The notes below the pieces were generated by a model. The model worked only from the letters and a program-made list of their open reading frames with translations. It had not been told where the DNA came from and made no database searches. This document shows positions 41,255 to 53,975 of a stretch of DNA of 63,607 nt, in pieces (the first letter of the stretch is position 1; each line of letters opens with the position of its first letter). The stretch is from Ramazzottius varieornatus (Eukaryota; Animalia; Tardigrada), in the NCBI GenBank assembly GCA_001949185.1, contig BDGG01000019.1, positions 1 to 63,607 on the forward strand, given 5' to 3'. The position numbers and the translations under genes are program-made.

Positions 41255-42922
41255 CCGTCTCGTTGACTTCACATACACAAATTCTAGTCTTTTCTGCCAG
41301 CTGGTTTCTTGGCTTATTAAATTCTGTCGAAATTCGGTACAAAAGAAAGTTCAACGAGTTCTCCACGCATAATTTACCGGTACGATGCCACAGCCAGTAT
41401 AAAGACATCTGCATCCATTATTCTGTAGTAAGTTACCTGGTGTAACAGCAAGCTCATGAACATGCTGCAAAATTTTACCGCGATTCGAGGGAAGTTTACG
41501 TCTAAGAGAACGAAAATTGGAGGTTGGAAGGCGAGCAGATAGCACCTGCTCCAGTTCTAACCATAAACGATGCCTACCAGCGACGGAAGACTGTGCACCG
41601 ATACCGATACTACAGCGTGTCGGCAAACTGCCCAGAAACCCGGAAGTATGAGAGGTCCCAGCTAAGGCTGGTCAAGCTGTAGGTTTTCCCCGTCGTCCCA
41701 TGACCACATCAGTCGTCAGGAATTTGAAGGTTAGCTCAAACAGGCAAGGATCAAAGTGACCCGCTTGAGGTCAGATAGGTTTCATGCGAATCGAGTTCGA
41801 CACAGTAACAGCATCCAGACACAGTTTCCACTTCTACAGTACAAGCCTACTTCCTTGTATACCTAATAGCCAGTTGCAGACTAGCAGTATTCGAAGCAGT
41901 ATTCGATGGCTGATTCAACACAGCTTGAGTAGTTCATTGGCTCTATGTTTGCTTGAATACTCGGGTACACTGTTTGCAAATGCAGATCTTGCTGAATGGA
42001 GGCAACTTTGCTCTTCGATGGGATCATTTGGACGCCGATGCAACCAGAAGGACGAGCTCGTTGATCGCAGCATGCCTCGACTGCATTCGTTCGACACCGC
42101 CAAGTACGCAGACGGTTTACAAAAGTTGGACTTACAGCATAACCCCCTGGACACTTTGCCTTCCCAAGTTCCGCTGGAAAGCCACGACGTGTTTTCCCCA
42201 TCTGGAAGAAGTACGTACTGCTTGACGATATAATCCTGATCTCGGGTGTGAACCCATTTACCGACTGTACTGCAGTCTGGAATGGGACCCGTCAGTATGG
42301 ATATCGCCATAACCGGAATTCCGATAAATTAAGGAGGACTCCTCTGAAGTTTTCCCGTAAAATATGTTACTGGAAAAGTTCGTCGTTCGTGGAATTCTCA
42401 GACTGCATTTCTGGATGGTGGTGACGATCTTTTAGTGATCGAAAATTCGAACTTTCAAGATCTCCGAAACCGAAATTATCAATAGGTACAGTTCGAAGTT
42501 TATTATTCTGCTTTCCGCCCGAAATATTTGTTTTCCGCCCATAAAAAGCTATAGAAACTCAAAAGAAGATCACACAAAGTAAACTGCATCAAAGGCTCAA
42601 GAAAACCTATGAAAAGACCAACAATTTCCATCAGAAAGAAGAAGGAACGTCTTTTTGGTAGGCAAACGGTTACGACATCACTCCGATAAGCCGTTTGGCC
42701 ATCATTCGGCATTTGCGAAGCTTCCTGCAAGATTACGCACACGAAATAAAACGCAAGAGAAACTGGAAGCTGGTGCAAAGAATGGCGTTCCAGTAAATTC
42801 CGTCATAAGGGACAGTACCGTGTCGTGCAGCCGTCCTACTGCTGTTTTCCACCATCTAAAAAAAAGTCAGAAGTTAACGCACACAACCATCAAAGAAGGG
42901 TGTAAGCCGGCATGGCCACGTT

Positions 42923-43117
42923 TAGTGATGTTCTAATATAGTAATATTTTATTAAAGTAGATGATAGTAGATGGTTTCAGGATCTACTATATTTAGTAAT
43001 ATTTAGTAGACAGAACTGGACACCGAAACCCGATATTAACATTTTAGTAGTTTGAAACTAGGGCCCAATTTTTTATTATCATTAAGATGTTTATCACCTG
43101 TATTAAAATATATTCTA
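42923..43117. mobile_element. Short non-autonomous hAT derivative
   Basis: Starts with the same 17 bp (TAGTGATGTTCTAATAT) as the hAT end at 32895; the right part resembles the reverse complement of 32895-32945. Confidence 0.6.
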
Positions 43118-43207
43118 ATACCCGTAACACTACCGCTAAATCGAAGAACCGGTTGATTTGCTAAATTCTAATGCGTGTGTGCTGGTTGATGGTTATGCGG
43201 CGACGAC

Positions 43208-43393
43208 CTATAGCTATAGGAAAAGGCAGCGCACTATACCGGCTGCACAGTCTCGCTCTGAGTGGCTAGCACATCTGACGTCAAGCACGTGATTACCATA
43301 GTGCGCGCATGCTTTCCCCCAGTGCGCAGTGAGCGCTCCGCCCTATTTCCAGAAAGACTGAGACTGTGGGACTGCCTTTTCGTATAGCTATAG
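43208..43393. mobile_element. Palindromic MITE (TIR CTATAGCTATAGGAAAAGGCAG)
   Basis: CTATAGCTATAGGAAAAGGCAG...CTGCCTTTTCGTATAGCTATAG, with inner CACAGTCTC/GAGACTGTG pairing. Confidence 0.75.
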
Positions 43394-43798
43394 TACGACT
43401 ACGCCTCACGAAGTGCACCAGATCGGCAGATCCTAATGATGCTACCACATCAGCAAGGAAGGGCTAATGCAGATGCATACGCGCACACCATGCACCTACA
43501 CACACTAAACCGCCATGTTGCAGAGTGCAGGTGCACGGTGCAAGCTGTAGTACAGGCATTGATACTGTTTACGACAAAATATCTCATTTGTCCTCTAGCT
43601 TGTTAGAGAGCCCCAGGCCGCCGCCGCGAGCAAAACCTACAGTTTTTAACCTACAGTGTTTTTTCTAAACATTTTTTATTCTTCGAGTAGATATTTAGTA
43701 GGGCTTCTGCTAACACAGATGCCTCTGATACCGTGTGCTAAGATCTACTGGTGAGCTCTCCGTTACTAAAATATATTCTAATACCAAACCCACAGGAG

Positions 43799-43849
43799 TT
43801 CTACTATTGTAATATTTCATTAAATCAGGCAGATGTTTTACTATAGTAT
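43799..43849 (-). repeat. hAT subterminal fragment
   Basis: The reverse complement closely matches 32979-33029 (TACTATAGTAAAAC.TCTGCCTGA). Confidence 0.65.
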
Positions 43850-44398
43850 AGTAACAGTATAGTAACTGCAAATTCTGGGATAGTGACCGTCCGCGCCGCA
43901 TCGCCCAGTGGCGCAGGCGCCGTAGCTGGCAGCATGAAGTTTGAGACTGATTGCCTGTTTTGTCGGGTGTTTCTCTCTCGGACTTCACCGGATAAGCTGA
44001 GGTCGGTCATATAACGTGTTTTCGTGTGCTGTAAGTCAGAGACGGAATTCCCTTTTGATCTTTAGCATGCTAGGCTTCAAGCACTCTTTCATGAACGCTG
44101 TTTTAATGACTGTGGTGAACTTTTCACCGATAATTTTTGGCGATGTACCATCTTTCTCGGTCGAGAAAGCTTGATGGTTTGCTGTTTCCTAAGATATCTC
44201 AATTCAGAGAAAACGGTTTCTTGTCTGTCGGGTGTCACTGCTTCCTCTCCTTCCTCCGTTGAGGACTAGCTCCCATTCAAGATCATGCCGAAATGTATGA
44301 CCTTAGATGACCTTTGTCTGCTCGCAGAAACGACGGTTCGGCTTGACCGGACAGTTCGAACCGCTGTGCAAGGTATATGTACGCAGGTAGATGAGATA

Positions 44399-44567
44399 CA
44401 GTGTACGACAAAATAAACCACTACAAATGGGTGTTGGAGGGAGCAAGATGGATGGAGGCAATGAAATTTGCGCATGCAGCAAAATATAATGCTCATTGGC
44501 CGAGTCGTAAATAATCTCCCGCTGCAGTATAACCCCCATTTTAAACGGTTAATTTTGTCGTACACTG
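44399..44567. mobile_element. MITE family B copy 1 (Tc1/mariner-type CAGTG ends, TA TSD)
   Basis: TA|CAGTGTACGACAAAA...TTTTGTCGTACACTG|TA. Confidence 0.8.
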
Positions 44568-44626
44568 TACCTGCGTTTTTTGTCGTAGCATCCGTCCAGT
44601 AGAAAGAAGTTCTTTCAGAAGAGCCA

Positions 44627-44795
44627 CAGTGCACGCGAAAATTAACCGTCGATAATGGGTGTAACGCTCGAGGTGGAGCTTATTTGTGGTCTAAACAATG
44701 ACCGCTATGGCTTGATACATGAGGAAATCTCATTGGCTATCCCTATCTGGCTCCATCCAACACCCATTTTCGACGGTTGATTTTCTCGTGCACTT
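44627..44795. mobile_element. MITE family B copy 2
   Basis: CAGTGCACGCGAAAATTAACCGTCGA...TCGACGGTTGATTTTCTCGTGCACTT; shares CCAACACCCATTTT with copy 3 (inverted in copy 1). Confidence 0.8.
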
Positions 44796-44834
44796 TACTC
44801 TGTATTCTACGGGCGCGAACCAGCCGTAATTGTA

Positions 44835-45005
44835 ATGACCACCATGGTGCTGATCCGTTACATTCCGGATATTCTGTATGTCACACCACAACTGGTCTTT
44901 AGTGTCGAGATACACGCGGAACTGGATGTACAGCGCTGTCACGCTGATCTACGAGATCATGGCAGTACTGGATCCTGTTTGGTTCATCGTGACGTTACAC
45001 CTGTC
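44835..45005 (+). pseudogene. Possible GPCR TM6-TM7 fragment, frameshifted
   Basis: MTTMVLIRYIPDILY followed, in another frame, by YSAVTLIYEIMAVLDPVWFIVTL (loosely DPxxY-like). Weak. Confidence 0.25.
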
Positions 45006-46479
45006 CTCCGGTTCCCCGAGTCCGGAGCTGAGAGAACGCTCAAAAGTTCTCGGCTCGAATTGCTCAAAATCGCCCACACATTCCCCAAAACTGGCTGGTA
45101 AGGTACGGCGTTTCGCATGCAAATTACCGGCAGACCACATTCCGTGCTGCAAACAAACCTAGTCTAGTCTACCTTCAAGCATCGACACAGTCGTGGAAGA
45201 ACCAGCAGAGGTTTGATCGAAGCCATTAGAAGATAGACTGGATGTCCTTGGGAGCAGTCTCTTCGAGACGAGCTCGCTTGCCTTCCGGGTCGGTGGAAAA
45301 GCCAGTTTGCGGGATGGCACGCTTCCCCACCACGGACTTGTTGAAGGCTTTCTGGAGAGGAGGGGCCACCTGGATCATTCGTTCCACTGTCATCCTGCAA
45401 GCTAAAAAGAGCCGGAAATATCAGGAAGTACGAAAAGGAAAAAACTGCAAGAGCAGGCAAGCAGAGAAGACAGACTGGCAGGATCAGAATTCAGCCAGAC
45501 GACAGTTTGTCACCAGAGTAAGAAGCAACGAGCAGGAAATCCGGGTGTGATTAAGAGAGGCCAGAGGGAATGACGAACAGACGTACCGTTTTCGACGATA
45601 TCGCACCGAAAACATGATAGAAACAGATAGAAAGTCGTCACGAAGGCGGAACTAAGTCTTCCGACATTGGGTGAAATCGCGTCAACATGCGTAATGCTCC
45701 AGTTGAGTACGTACACAATCTGACTCTTTGATAAAGATCCGTTGTGGATCGTTGCCAGCTTCTGGCAGAAATTTAAATCTACAAATCAGAATATTTTGGT
45801 ACCCATCAAACCCGGAAGTTCAGGAGAGAGCAGTTGACGGCCACCGAACAACAATAAATTTGAAGAGCTCCGAGAGCGTTAGAAGGGCATTTTCGAGCGT
45901 TGGCTCGCTGGAATTAATTACTCCCATTTTTTAATAATTTTCCAACGCCTTGTTATTGCACAAACGTTAAAGTCGCTCTGGAATTTCCATCTAACGCTCA
46001 AAAGATCGCTGGGCTGACGCTAGTTTGCCTTGGCGAGCTACCATCTTGAGCAAGCACGTCGGGACCTAAACGACGAGCAGGATCGACCTGCACCGAGTAT
46101 TTCGCCAAAAGTACCTTCTCTGTCACGCATAAACTCTAGGCCAACTTCGCCAAGAACGAATGATCTACACGGGCAGCAAAAACTTCGGTGTAAAAGCAAA
46201 AACACGGGCAGCTAAAACTTCAGTGTCACGAGCCGAAGCAAACCAGCGTCCCCAGATCGCGGGCCGAGGCGTCAGTTATACACATCTTCGTAGGTCATCT
46301 TGGACCAATAATGCAGATGTTTTTACAGGACTTGTCTGTAATTTCGCGAACTTTTCTGAAAATTGCCTGGCGCTTTGCGACAGTTGGTGCTTCGGTTGAT
46401 CAGCGTCCGGATGTAAAATCGGTGCGGATACCCTCACACACAGTCAGACCTTCTCAGTTTGACCTTTTCTATATTCTTA

Positions 46480-47404
46480 GCTCTGACATGCAAGGGCCAC
46501 TAGCAATCTTCTGGTATCAGAACTGCCCGAAACAGATCGGAGAATTCTGCGAACATGACAGGAACTTATCAGTTGATATTCAGTTCCAGCGAGAATGTAA
46601 AACTATGGACTATCATAATCATCTTGCCCGTCCCACAAACCAACATCAGATATCACTCCGGTCAGGCGACGACACAAAGTACAATGGCACAGACTTTGTG
46701 CATCCGCGAATCATCGGCTTGACATGAAGTTCTGCCAACAACTGAACAGCAACGTACCATTGCTGGACAAAGCTTTTTCGACCTCCTCCCAGTCAGCAGT
46801 TGTCATCGTCCAAGGATGGGCAGCCAACGCCACTTCCGGGTTTGCTGTCGGCGATCGAGCCACCGATGTCCAGGCCTGCCTCGAACAATGCCGCAACTCG
46901 TGGTCGCCCCGTTGCCGACTGGTCAGCTACAACATTGAGACAGGAGCCCGTGTGCGTTTCACCAAACAATCAGTCAACGTCGGCTATCCAGACATGTACA
47001 ACCAAACAGATGACAGCTGGCCCTGGCCGATGTTGCTTCAGTTCCGCCGTGACAACGACGGCATCATCGCTGCATACAGCCAGAAGAAGTTTGAACTGCT
47101 GGAGAACGCTCAAGTGGACGGCCATCACATTCTCTATTTCAGCGACGTGCGTTCTGCGGAAACCTGCAGGGACCTCTGCCATGTCCACCCAACGTGCAAT
47201 GTGGCCAGTAGCTCAATGTATGGCAGCGTGGCCAGCGGCTGCCAGCTGCAGAACATTGTCTACAGAAACCCCTTCGGGCCAGTTCGGGCTTTACCCGATT
47301 CCCGGTCCCGGCGGATATTACTCCGGCTACGGATTCGCCCCAAACACCCGCACCTATGCCGCTTGAGCCAAATTCTATCTGCCTTCAAACCAGGTTTTAT
47401 TTAG
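46480..47404 (+). pseudogene. PAN/apple-domain gene, apparently frameshifted
   Basis: Two CxxxC...C motifs (DVQACLEQCRNSWSPRCRLVSYN; SAETCRDLCHVHPTCNVAS); the flanking coding-like sequence continues in other frames. Confidence 0.5.
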
Positions 47405-47661
47405 ATGATACGATCCATACGGTACATTTTTTGTACGAATTGGCAGCGATTCGTACGGTTCGTATGTACTGTACAAAGCTAAACTAACCACACAAAAGCC
47501 GGGAGATAAACATGTATGAAATTTGTAAGGCACGTGTTCGTAATTCAGAGCAACTTTGGTTATTGCGGACAAAGAATATTCCACCGGCTGTATAGTTTTT
47601 ATACTCATTCAAACTGGCCACTAGTCAAGAGAAACATCTTCTGAAAGTCGCTTTACATCCA

Positions 47662-50600
47662 TCACGCAAGCTGGGTCCGGCAAGGGTACCGTCTTATTCT
47701 TCCAGGTAAAGGCGAGGCAGGCGGCGCAGCCACGTTCTCCAGCGAATGTCCAGGGGACGGAAGTTCTCTAGAGGAAGTAGGTTCATGTTCGGCAATGTGA
47801 TTCAGACTGATAGACCGCGACGGCGACCGGAAGGAAAGCGAGGAACTTATCAGACAGTCTGACTCCACGGGCGACGGGCAAGCGGTGGGCCCATGACTGC
47901 AACAAATCACCTATGACGTAAGATAGCCAAATGACTACTCGGTCGTTTGCTTACGAAAGCGCTTTCGAGCGGCTTGAGTCTGGAGCAAAACGTTTCAGTG
48001 GTAAAAGCTTCGGTACGGCTGTCCTTCTCGACAAGGAGGACAGGTCCGCTGCTACGCCCGAAGAGCTCGAGTAAGTTCGGTCACTGTCCGAGCTCGTAAC
48101 AGGACTTCCCGCTGTGGAAGACGGTGTGGAGCTCGCTTGGTTCTTCCCCGCTATGAGCATATCTCCGGGTCCGCTCAAGGTCAATTGCCGAGCCTACGAA
48201 GCAGTTTGAACATGAAAACTCTCGGTCAATGGAACAGAGTACCATATGGAAACGCGGCAAATAAACTGGACAAGATAAGATGGCTCTCCAACTGGCTCAC
48301 GCTTCCACTGTTATCAATCGAGAGTGTGCGCCACTTGGTAAGGCCATCGCGAAAAGACTACCTGCTTTCCCAAGTGCGCACGTTGACTGCGTTCTCAGCT
48401 TACAGAGTGTGCCACTTATTACCATTCATGCTTCCACACGTTCCAAATGCCGAAGCTGCTTTGGCTTAGCTATAATACTTTCTCCTGTATTGCGAAATAG
48501 CTCGAAAAACTTGAGGAGTTTGACTTCCGGCGGGGAAGACATGCCCGCAGCACGTAAAATGCTGTCTGGCAAATTCGCGTTTGGGATTTTCATCCCCAAA
48601 TTGGAGCAAACAGACTTGCAACTGTGGTCGGAAAGGATCGAGAAAGAACAGCAAAGCTCCGAACAAACTTGCCAGACAAAGTTCGTCGAATTTCTCGTTT
48701 TGGCGGGAAAACGTATTTGTGGAAGATTTCTACGAGTGTTCCAGAACGGAAAATTTGCACTACTAACTTTTTTTCCAAAATTTCGGTGTTTGTTTCAACT
48801 AGCAACAACCGTAGCGCGAGATATCAACGGAAACTAAAAAATAATTCTCGAACAAGGGCTCAAGAACGACAGGAGTTGGTGCATTTTTCACGTTGCACCT
48901 CCCCGAGTTTAATTCGATCCTGACTTTTTGTACATAAATTTCTTGCCGGTAAATTTCTTGAAGGTGGCAAATAGAGTTTTAAACCAGAAGAACTTGGTTC
49001 CGAAGTGTAAAGTGAATCGAGTCGAGACAGCCTTGATTCAATGAGTGGTAGCAAGCTGGCTTGGATCGGCTGTAGCATTTGCTGAGCTCACATATCAAAG
49101 TCTTTTCGAAACGCGTACCTTGGTGCGGTTGCCTGCTGATCGAGATGGGAGCGAAGTCCGCAAGATTCCAGCCAGTACGTCGTCGGTGCTGAGCTCCATG
49201 TCGCCATTCTCTTCCAGTTTCTTCCGCGCGACACTACACGCCACAATTGAAACAAAACATAAAGTACAGACAGAGAACCAGTCTCAGCAAGCCGAAGAGC
49301 AGCAAGGTGACGGACAGCAATCCAAGCAGGGACGAAAAGGAGTGCGAGAACGCCAGGACAGAACAGTGCAGTGGACAGAATACAACAGAAGCAACAAACT
49401 GGATTGCTCGGAGAAGAGGCCTGAATGTCTGAAGCAACCTGCGGACAACGTTATTATCACACAGAGAAACACGCCCACCACCAACTTCTAGAAAACACCA
49501 AGCAGAAAGTGCAAGAAGGAAAAGCATTATCTTCAAGCGTTCAACGCTGGGAAAACTTACTTGGCAACGTCCAGTTTTGCCTGACCGGGACCGTCCACCA
49601 CGTAGGCTTGGAGGATCTCTCGAAGAAGCATGAGGTCTTTTCTAAGGATAGCTGCCTCGTCGGAAGTGGACTGAGCGCGAGCTTCTAGCAGGGAAAATTC
49701 TTCTTGCTGAAAATCAAAAACACCGATGTACTGTGTCTTGAAAGTTGAACTGTACCCAAAAACTAACCGTCGATAATGTGCGTGACCACCAAACTGGAGA
49801 TTAATTATCGCGTGACCAATAATAACATTCGTTTGGCCCACATACAAAACTTCGATGGCCAATGCCATCTGGCTCTATCCAACACCCATTTTTGACGGTT
49901 AATTTTTGCGTACACTGCAACTTCCATGGTCACTTAGGCTAGCGGGCCGCTTACTTGAGTCATACAAAATTCAATAAGGTTGGTCAGAAAGAAGCGGCTG
50001 GAATGTTCTTCCGGGAAATGCAATTGGATGTAGGCCGGGTCGAGGTGGGTGTACTCGTCTGTGGACTCCTCGCAGTAGACTGTCTCGTTCTGGATCTCCA
50101 TATTCTTTTGCTCGAAAAAGTGGATGGTCGACCGCGTTTCTTCCAGTTGATTCATCAGCGAATTTGCAACCACAGCATTCTATAACGTTGAAACGCCAAT
50201 GTTCACAGAAACGCTGGCGGAAGGAGCATTTTTCTACGATGTTAGTTAACTTACATGTTGCTGCTGCGCGATCACCAGACTCTTTTCCGTCTGTTCGGAA
50301 ACTTCCCGGAGTTGCTTCAGCTCCTGCAACTCAAAAAAAATTTTCCCAGTAGACGAATGACGACGATTTGAGATTTGTAACGTCAAGTAGATGTCAAAAT
50401 GGGGCGTACCTCGTTGTAGGTGTTGAGCTGTTTCTCGAACTGTTTCAGACGCATTCTTTTGTACGATACAGCTCGGAACTACAAAAACAGAATATCCGTC
50501 ATCCTTGGCGCTTTCGCCAGCGCACGTTCGTTGCTCTGAGTTTTTCATTGTCTGCGGCTTACATATCTCAGAAACTCTTCCCAGTTATTCTTCAAGGTGG

Positions 50601-53600
50601 TCTCATTGGGCGCCGGCTTGTTCAGTCTGCCCGCCACTTGGTCCGACATGCCATTCTTATGGACCCTCTTTGCGATCTTCAAATCCGCACTCAGCCTAAC
50701 CACTTTATTGTGGTACTGCAGGACCTTTTCTTTCAGATCAGCGTTCTGTTTCTTCAACAGGCGAAACTCCTTCTCTTTCTGACTCATCACCCTCGCCTGT
50801 TGCAGGTCCTTTTCCCGCGCTTTCTTACTATCCAACTCGGCCTTCCTTATCGTCTCACACCGTACTCGCTTCAACACCGCGATGTCATCCAGTAACTTCA
50901 CCACCTTTTTCTCGTTGGCCGAAAAGTCTTTTTGTAACCTTTTATAGTTATTCTTGACTTCGTGTTGTTCTTTCAGCTGTCGCTTCAATTCTTCCAGGTC
51001 GGTCGAGAACTTGACTTCGCGTTCTTTGGCTTTCACCGGGTCGAAGCCGCCCTTTTTTGCCCTGACTTCTCTCAAGAAAACGTTCCGTTCAGCCTCGACC
51101 TCGTTGATTCTGGACACCAACTGCTGAATCTTGGCTTCGTAGTTGACTTTTTGAGCATCGAGTGCTTGCTGCATTTCATGGAGTTTCTCTTCCTTTTCGC
51201 GAATTTGTTCGTCAATGTCGGAGACGATACTAACAACGTCTTCGTCCAGTTCAGCTTCGGTGAAATACATAGCACTGTTTCCCTGAGTTACGGAGCCAAC
51301 CGTTTCGGTATGTTCATCTATAGAACTGTATTCCATAGTTTCGGGTGGTTCTTCGGAGAGCTTCCGTGGACGGACTCGGAAAGTCTTACTACCCGACCCA
51401 ACGGAACGTTTCCGTGGAGGAGAAGACTCGGTTCTGTCCGCGTCTTTAGTGGCCAGTCGAAGTTTGGTCTCGAGGTTCTCGATTACTTTAGCGTACTCTA
51501 TCCGCATCTTGTCCATATCGGTGACGTTCCCTGGCGAAAAAAGAACCATCATTTCTTTGCACTGCACATCATAACATTATAGTCATTTTAAAATCGGCTT
51601 CGGTTGCAAGTCTTATTGATCCATATGAAATTACGGAAGAAGAACCTCCAGGCAGAAGTGGCATGTTTCTGCACCTGGTCTCCACATTCAGAGTTCAGTT
51701 CAGCATGTGTTAGCTCGGCCAACAGACCCGACCAGACCGCCCAAGTGGCGCACTCTCCCAGTCAATATCGCGGAAACCTTGCACCACTTGGGAAAGCAGA
51801 CACGACCAGATCGTTTTCCCAAGTGGCACACTCTTCCAACCAATGTCCCCGAATCCGTGCGCCACTTACCACACCAGTCTGGTCAAGTTGGTTTGCCAAG
51901 CTCCCCTGTATTGATGGACCTGTGACGTGCAAAGTGGGTTCCACACTTACAGCTCAACATTTCTGGGCTGCTGTTGTTGTCACGACCCAGTATCTCCTTC
52001 AATCGGTCACTTTCCGCTCTCAGTTCGGCTATTCGGTACTCCCTATCCTCCAGATTTCCCTTCAGTACCCCATTCTCCTCCTTACTCAACTGCAGTCGTC
52101 TCCTCAGCTCCTCATTTTCTTTCTGCATGGCGTTGTTCTCCACGAACATGTCATTGAAGGCCTCCACGCCCGGTTGGCGTTTGCCCTGTTGGTACTCCAT
52201 CAGCTCCCTCTCCAGGTCCAGTATCCTATTGCGCAAAGTACTGATGGTCTGACCGCTCTTGTCCTGGTTGAAGACCACCTTGTTCTGGATATTGCGAGCG
52301 CGGTTGGCGTAGCGAAGTGTGTTGAGCGTCTCCACGAAGTCCGCTTCGGCAGGGGAGACGCAGGCGATCATCAGCGTGCGACTGTTGCCGCCCAAGGAGT
52401 CTTGGAGGAGCCGCGTTAGCTTGCTTTCCCGGTAGGGAATATGCGTCGCTTTGATGCTCGTATCACCCAGTTTACTTATCACATTGCCTAGAGCCAACTA
52501 CGAAAAAAAATGTCAGCCTGATTGTGCTTTACATGATTTGGACTTCCAATGTATTGGCAAGCTTCTGCTGTAGGACTGGAAATGTCTTCACATTCGAAAG
52601 CAATTTTCTGCGACTTTTTCTGCAAGGTAGTGGTCGCATACCAGGCCACAGTTGATGGAAATGCCTTCCTTTTGGCGATCGCCCGTCGCATTCGTCCGTT
52701 TCAACCGTTCCGAGCCGGCAAGGTCCACGAAATGAAATTTGGCCATTGTGGTCAAGAACTCTACCGGACAATTATGCTGCAACAGACAAAGTCCAAGTAT
52801 GGTGGACGATATGTACAGTACAAGAATGGCTGTACTGTACCTCGTCGTACTGTTGTACGGCCTGCTTGATTTCAATGGTAAAGATGGCGTGAGATCGGGA
52901 AGACTGAGCGTTCATATTCGTTGAGCCCGTTGTCCGAGCCAATGCCCCCTGTTTCAGCCAGTTCAAAATCTGCAACAATGACCCATATGAGCCGAAACGA
53001 TCAACAACAACTATACCAAGAAAAACGTTAACAACATCCTTGCTCTTACGTCTTCTCTGGAGCCGACAGGTTTCTTCGAGACGTTGTGAAGCACAACATT
53101 GCCGTTCTTGTCCTCTCCTAACCGAGGTGGCTTTACCCTCTAATAAGCACAAAGTAATGTCGACCCATGGCCGCACTAAAAGCTTCAACTATTCGAGTAC
53201 CTTGCTTCGGGATCCTCGTGTTGCTCGATCAAGCAGGTCCACAAGGTCGTCTTGGTACAACTGGTAAAACATCTGGGTTTAGAGAAGATTCTAACGCGAC
53301 AGAGTACTATGCTTCGAATGGAATTCTGGCTTACCTCGATGAACTGGACGAGAATGTCGAAGACAGGTGGCGCTCTTCCCAAGTCAAGGTGTTCCTGATG
53401 CCGCGACTGCATCACTTCAAACATGTAGTCGACGGCTCGTGGGACAATGCCAAAGTTCTCCACCGGTATTGACACATCAAAGCCTGTTCCCATCTGCAAG
53501 CAAACAACCTAAACCAACAAGTCCGCCGAGAGAAAAGTATGTAACGAGCATACCGTGTAAGTCTTTCCTGAGCCCGTTTGCCCATACGCCAGAATGGTCG

Positions 53601-53866
53601 CATTGAGTCCTTGGAAGCACCTGCCACATTCCCCAGATCAAACCGCGCACTTTCGTCAGAATGTCAGTGGATTGTACGACTGTTACCCATCAATGAGGTC
53701 TTTGGTCGTTTCGCAGAAGACATCTTCCTGGACGGAATTACTGTCGAAAGTATAGTCGAACGTAAAAGCTCGCTCGGTACCGATGATGATTTGAGACTCG
53801 TCCTCGGATACTGCCAAACAGGGTTTCTGGAACTCGGCGCGCTCTCTCACCGACAGAGGGCGTACT
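47662..53866 (-). CDS. Kinesin-4 family motor, KIF21-like; first exon not located
   Basis: RVRP; AFTFDYTF; [12 protein letters not shown]|MGTGFD; [11 protein letters not shown]; [15 protein letters not shown]; [23 protein letters not shown]; long coiled-coil exons. Confidence 0.9.
48289..48418. repeat. CAAGTGGCGCAC palindrome module, 2-unit array
   Basis: Units 48289-48337 and 48371-48418, 25-nt spacers, period 82; in a probable kinesin intron. Confidence 0.85.
49749..49917. mobile_element. MITE family B copy 3 (kinesin intron)
   Basis: AACTAACCGTCGATAATG...CCAACACCCATTTTTGACGGTTAATTTTTGCGTACACTG. Confidence 0.75.
51742..51868. repeat. CAAGTGGCGCAC palindrome module, 2-unit array
   Basis: Units 51742-51790 and 51820-51868, 25-nt spacers, period 78; kinesin intron. 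Confidence 0.9.
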
Positions 53867-53926
53867 CTATACGACGAAACAGAATAAGATGAAAGCTCGG
53901 CAAACAAACTCGATCAGATCGTCTTC

Positions 53927-53975
53927 CAAGTGGCGCACATTGTCGGTGTCATAAACTGGAAGCGTGCGCCACTTG
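53927..53975. repeat. CAAGTGGCGCAC palindrome module (perfect 12/12 arms)
   Basis: CAAGTGGCGCAC-N25-GTGCGCCACTTG; the flanks CTCGATCAGATCG and CGATCTGGTCGAG extend the hairpin; ~60 bp from the kinesin acceptor. Confidence 0.9.

Noticed and set aside
41784-42310. Overlapping ORFs after the esterase
   Set aside because: Open in several frames without motifs; probably TE debris or chance.
51604-52419. Long + strand ORFs over the kinesin (also 50962-51582, and 4097-4645 over apextrin)
   Set aside because: Antisense shadows of real minus-strand coding exons.
53927-53938. Arm sequence as a CTCF or NK-homeodomain site
   Set aside because: CAAGTG matches the NK2 core and TGGCGC resembles the CTCF 3' end, but the near-invariant CTCF positions mismatch; motif resemblance alone is not evidence.
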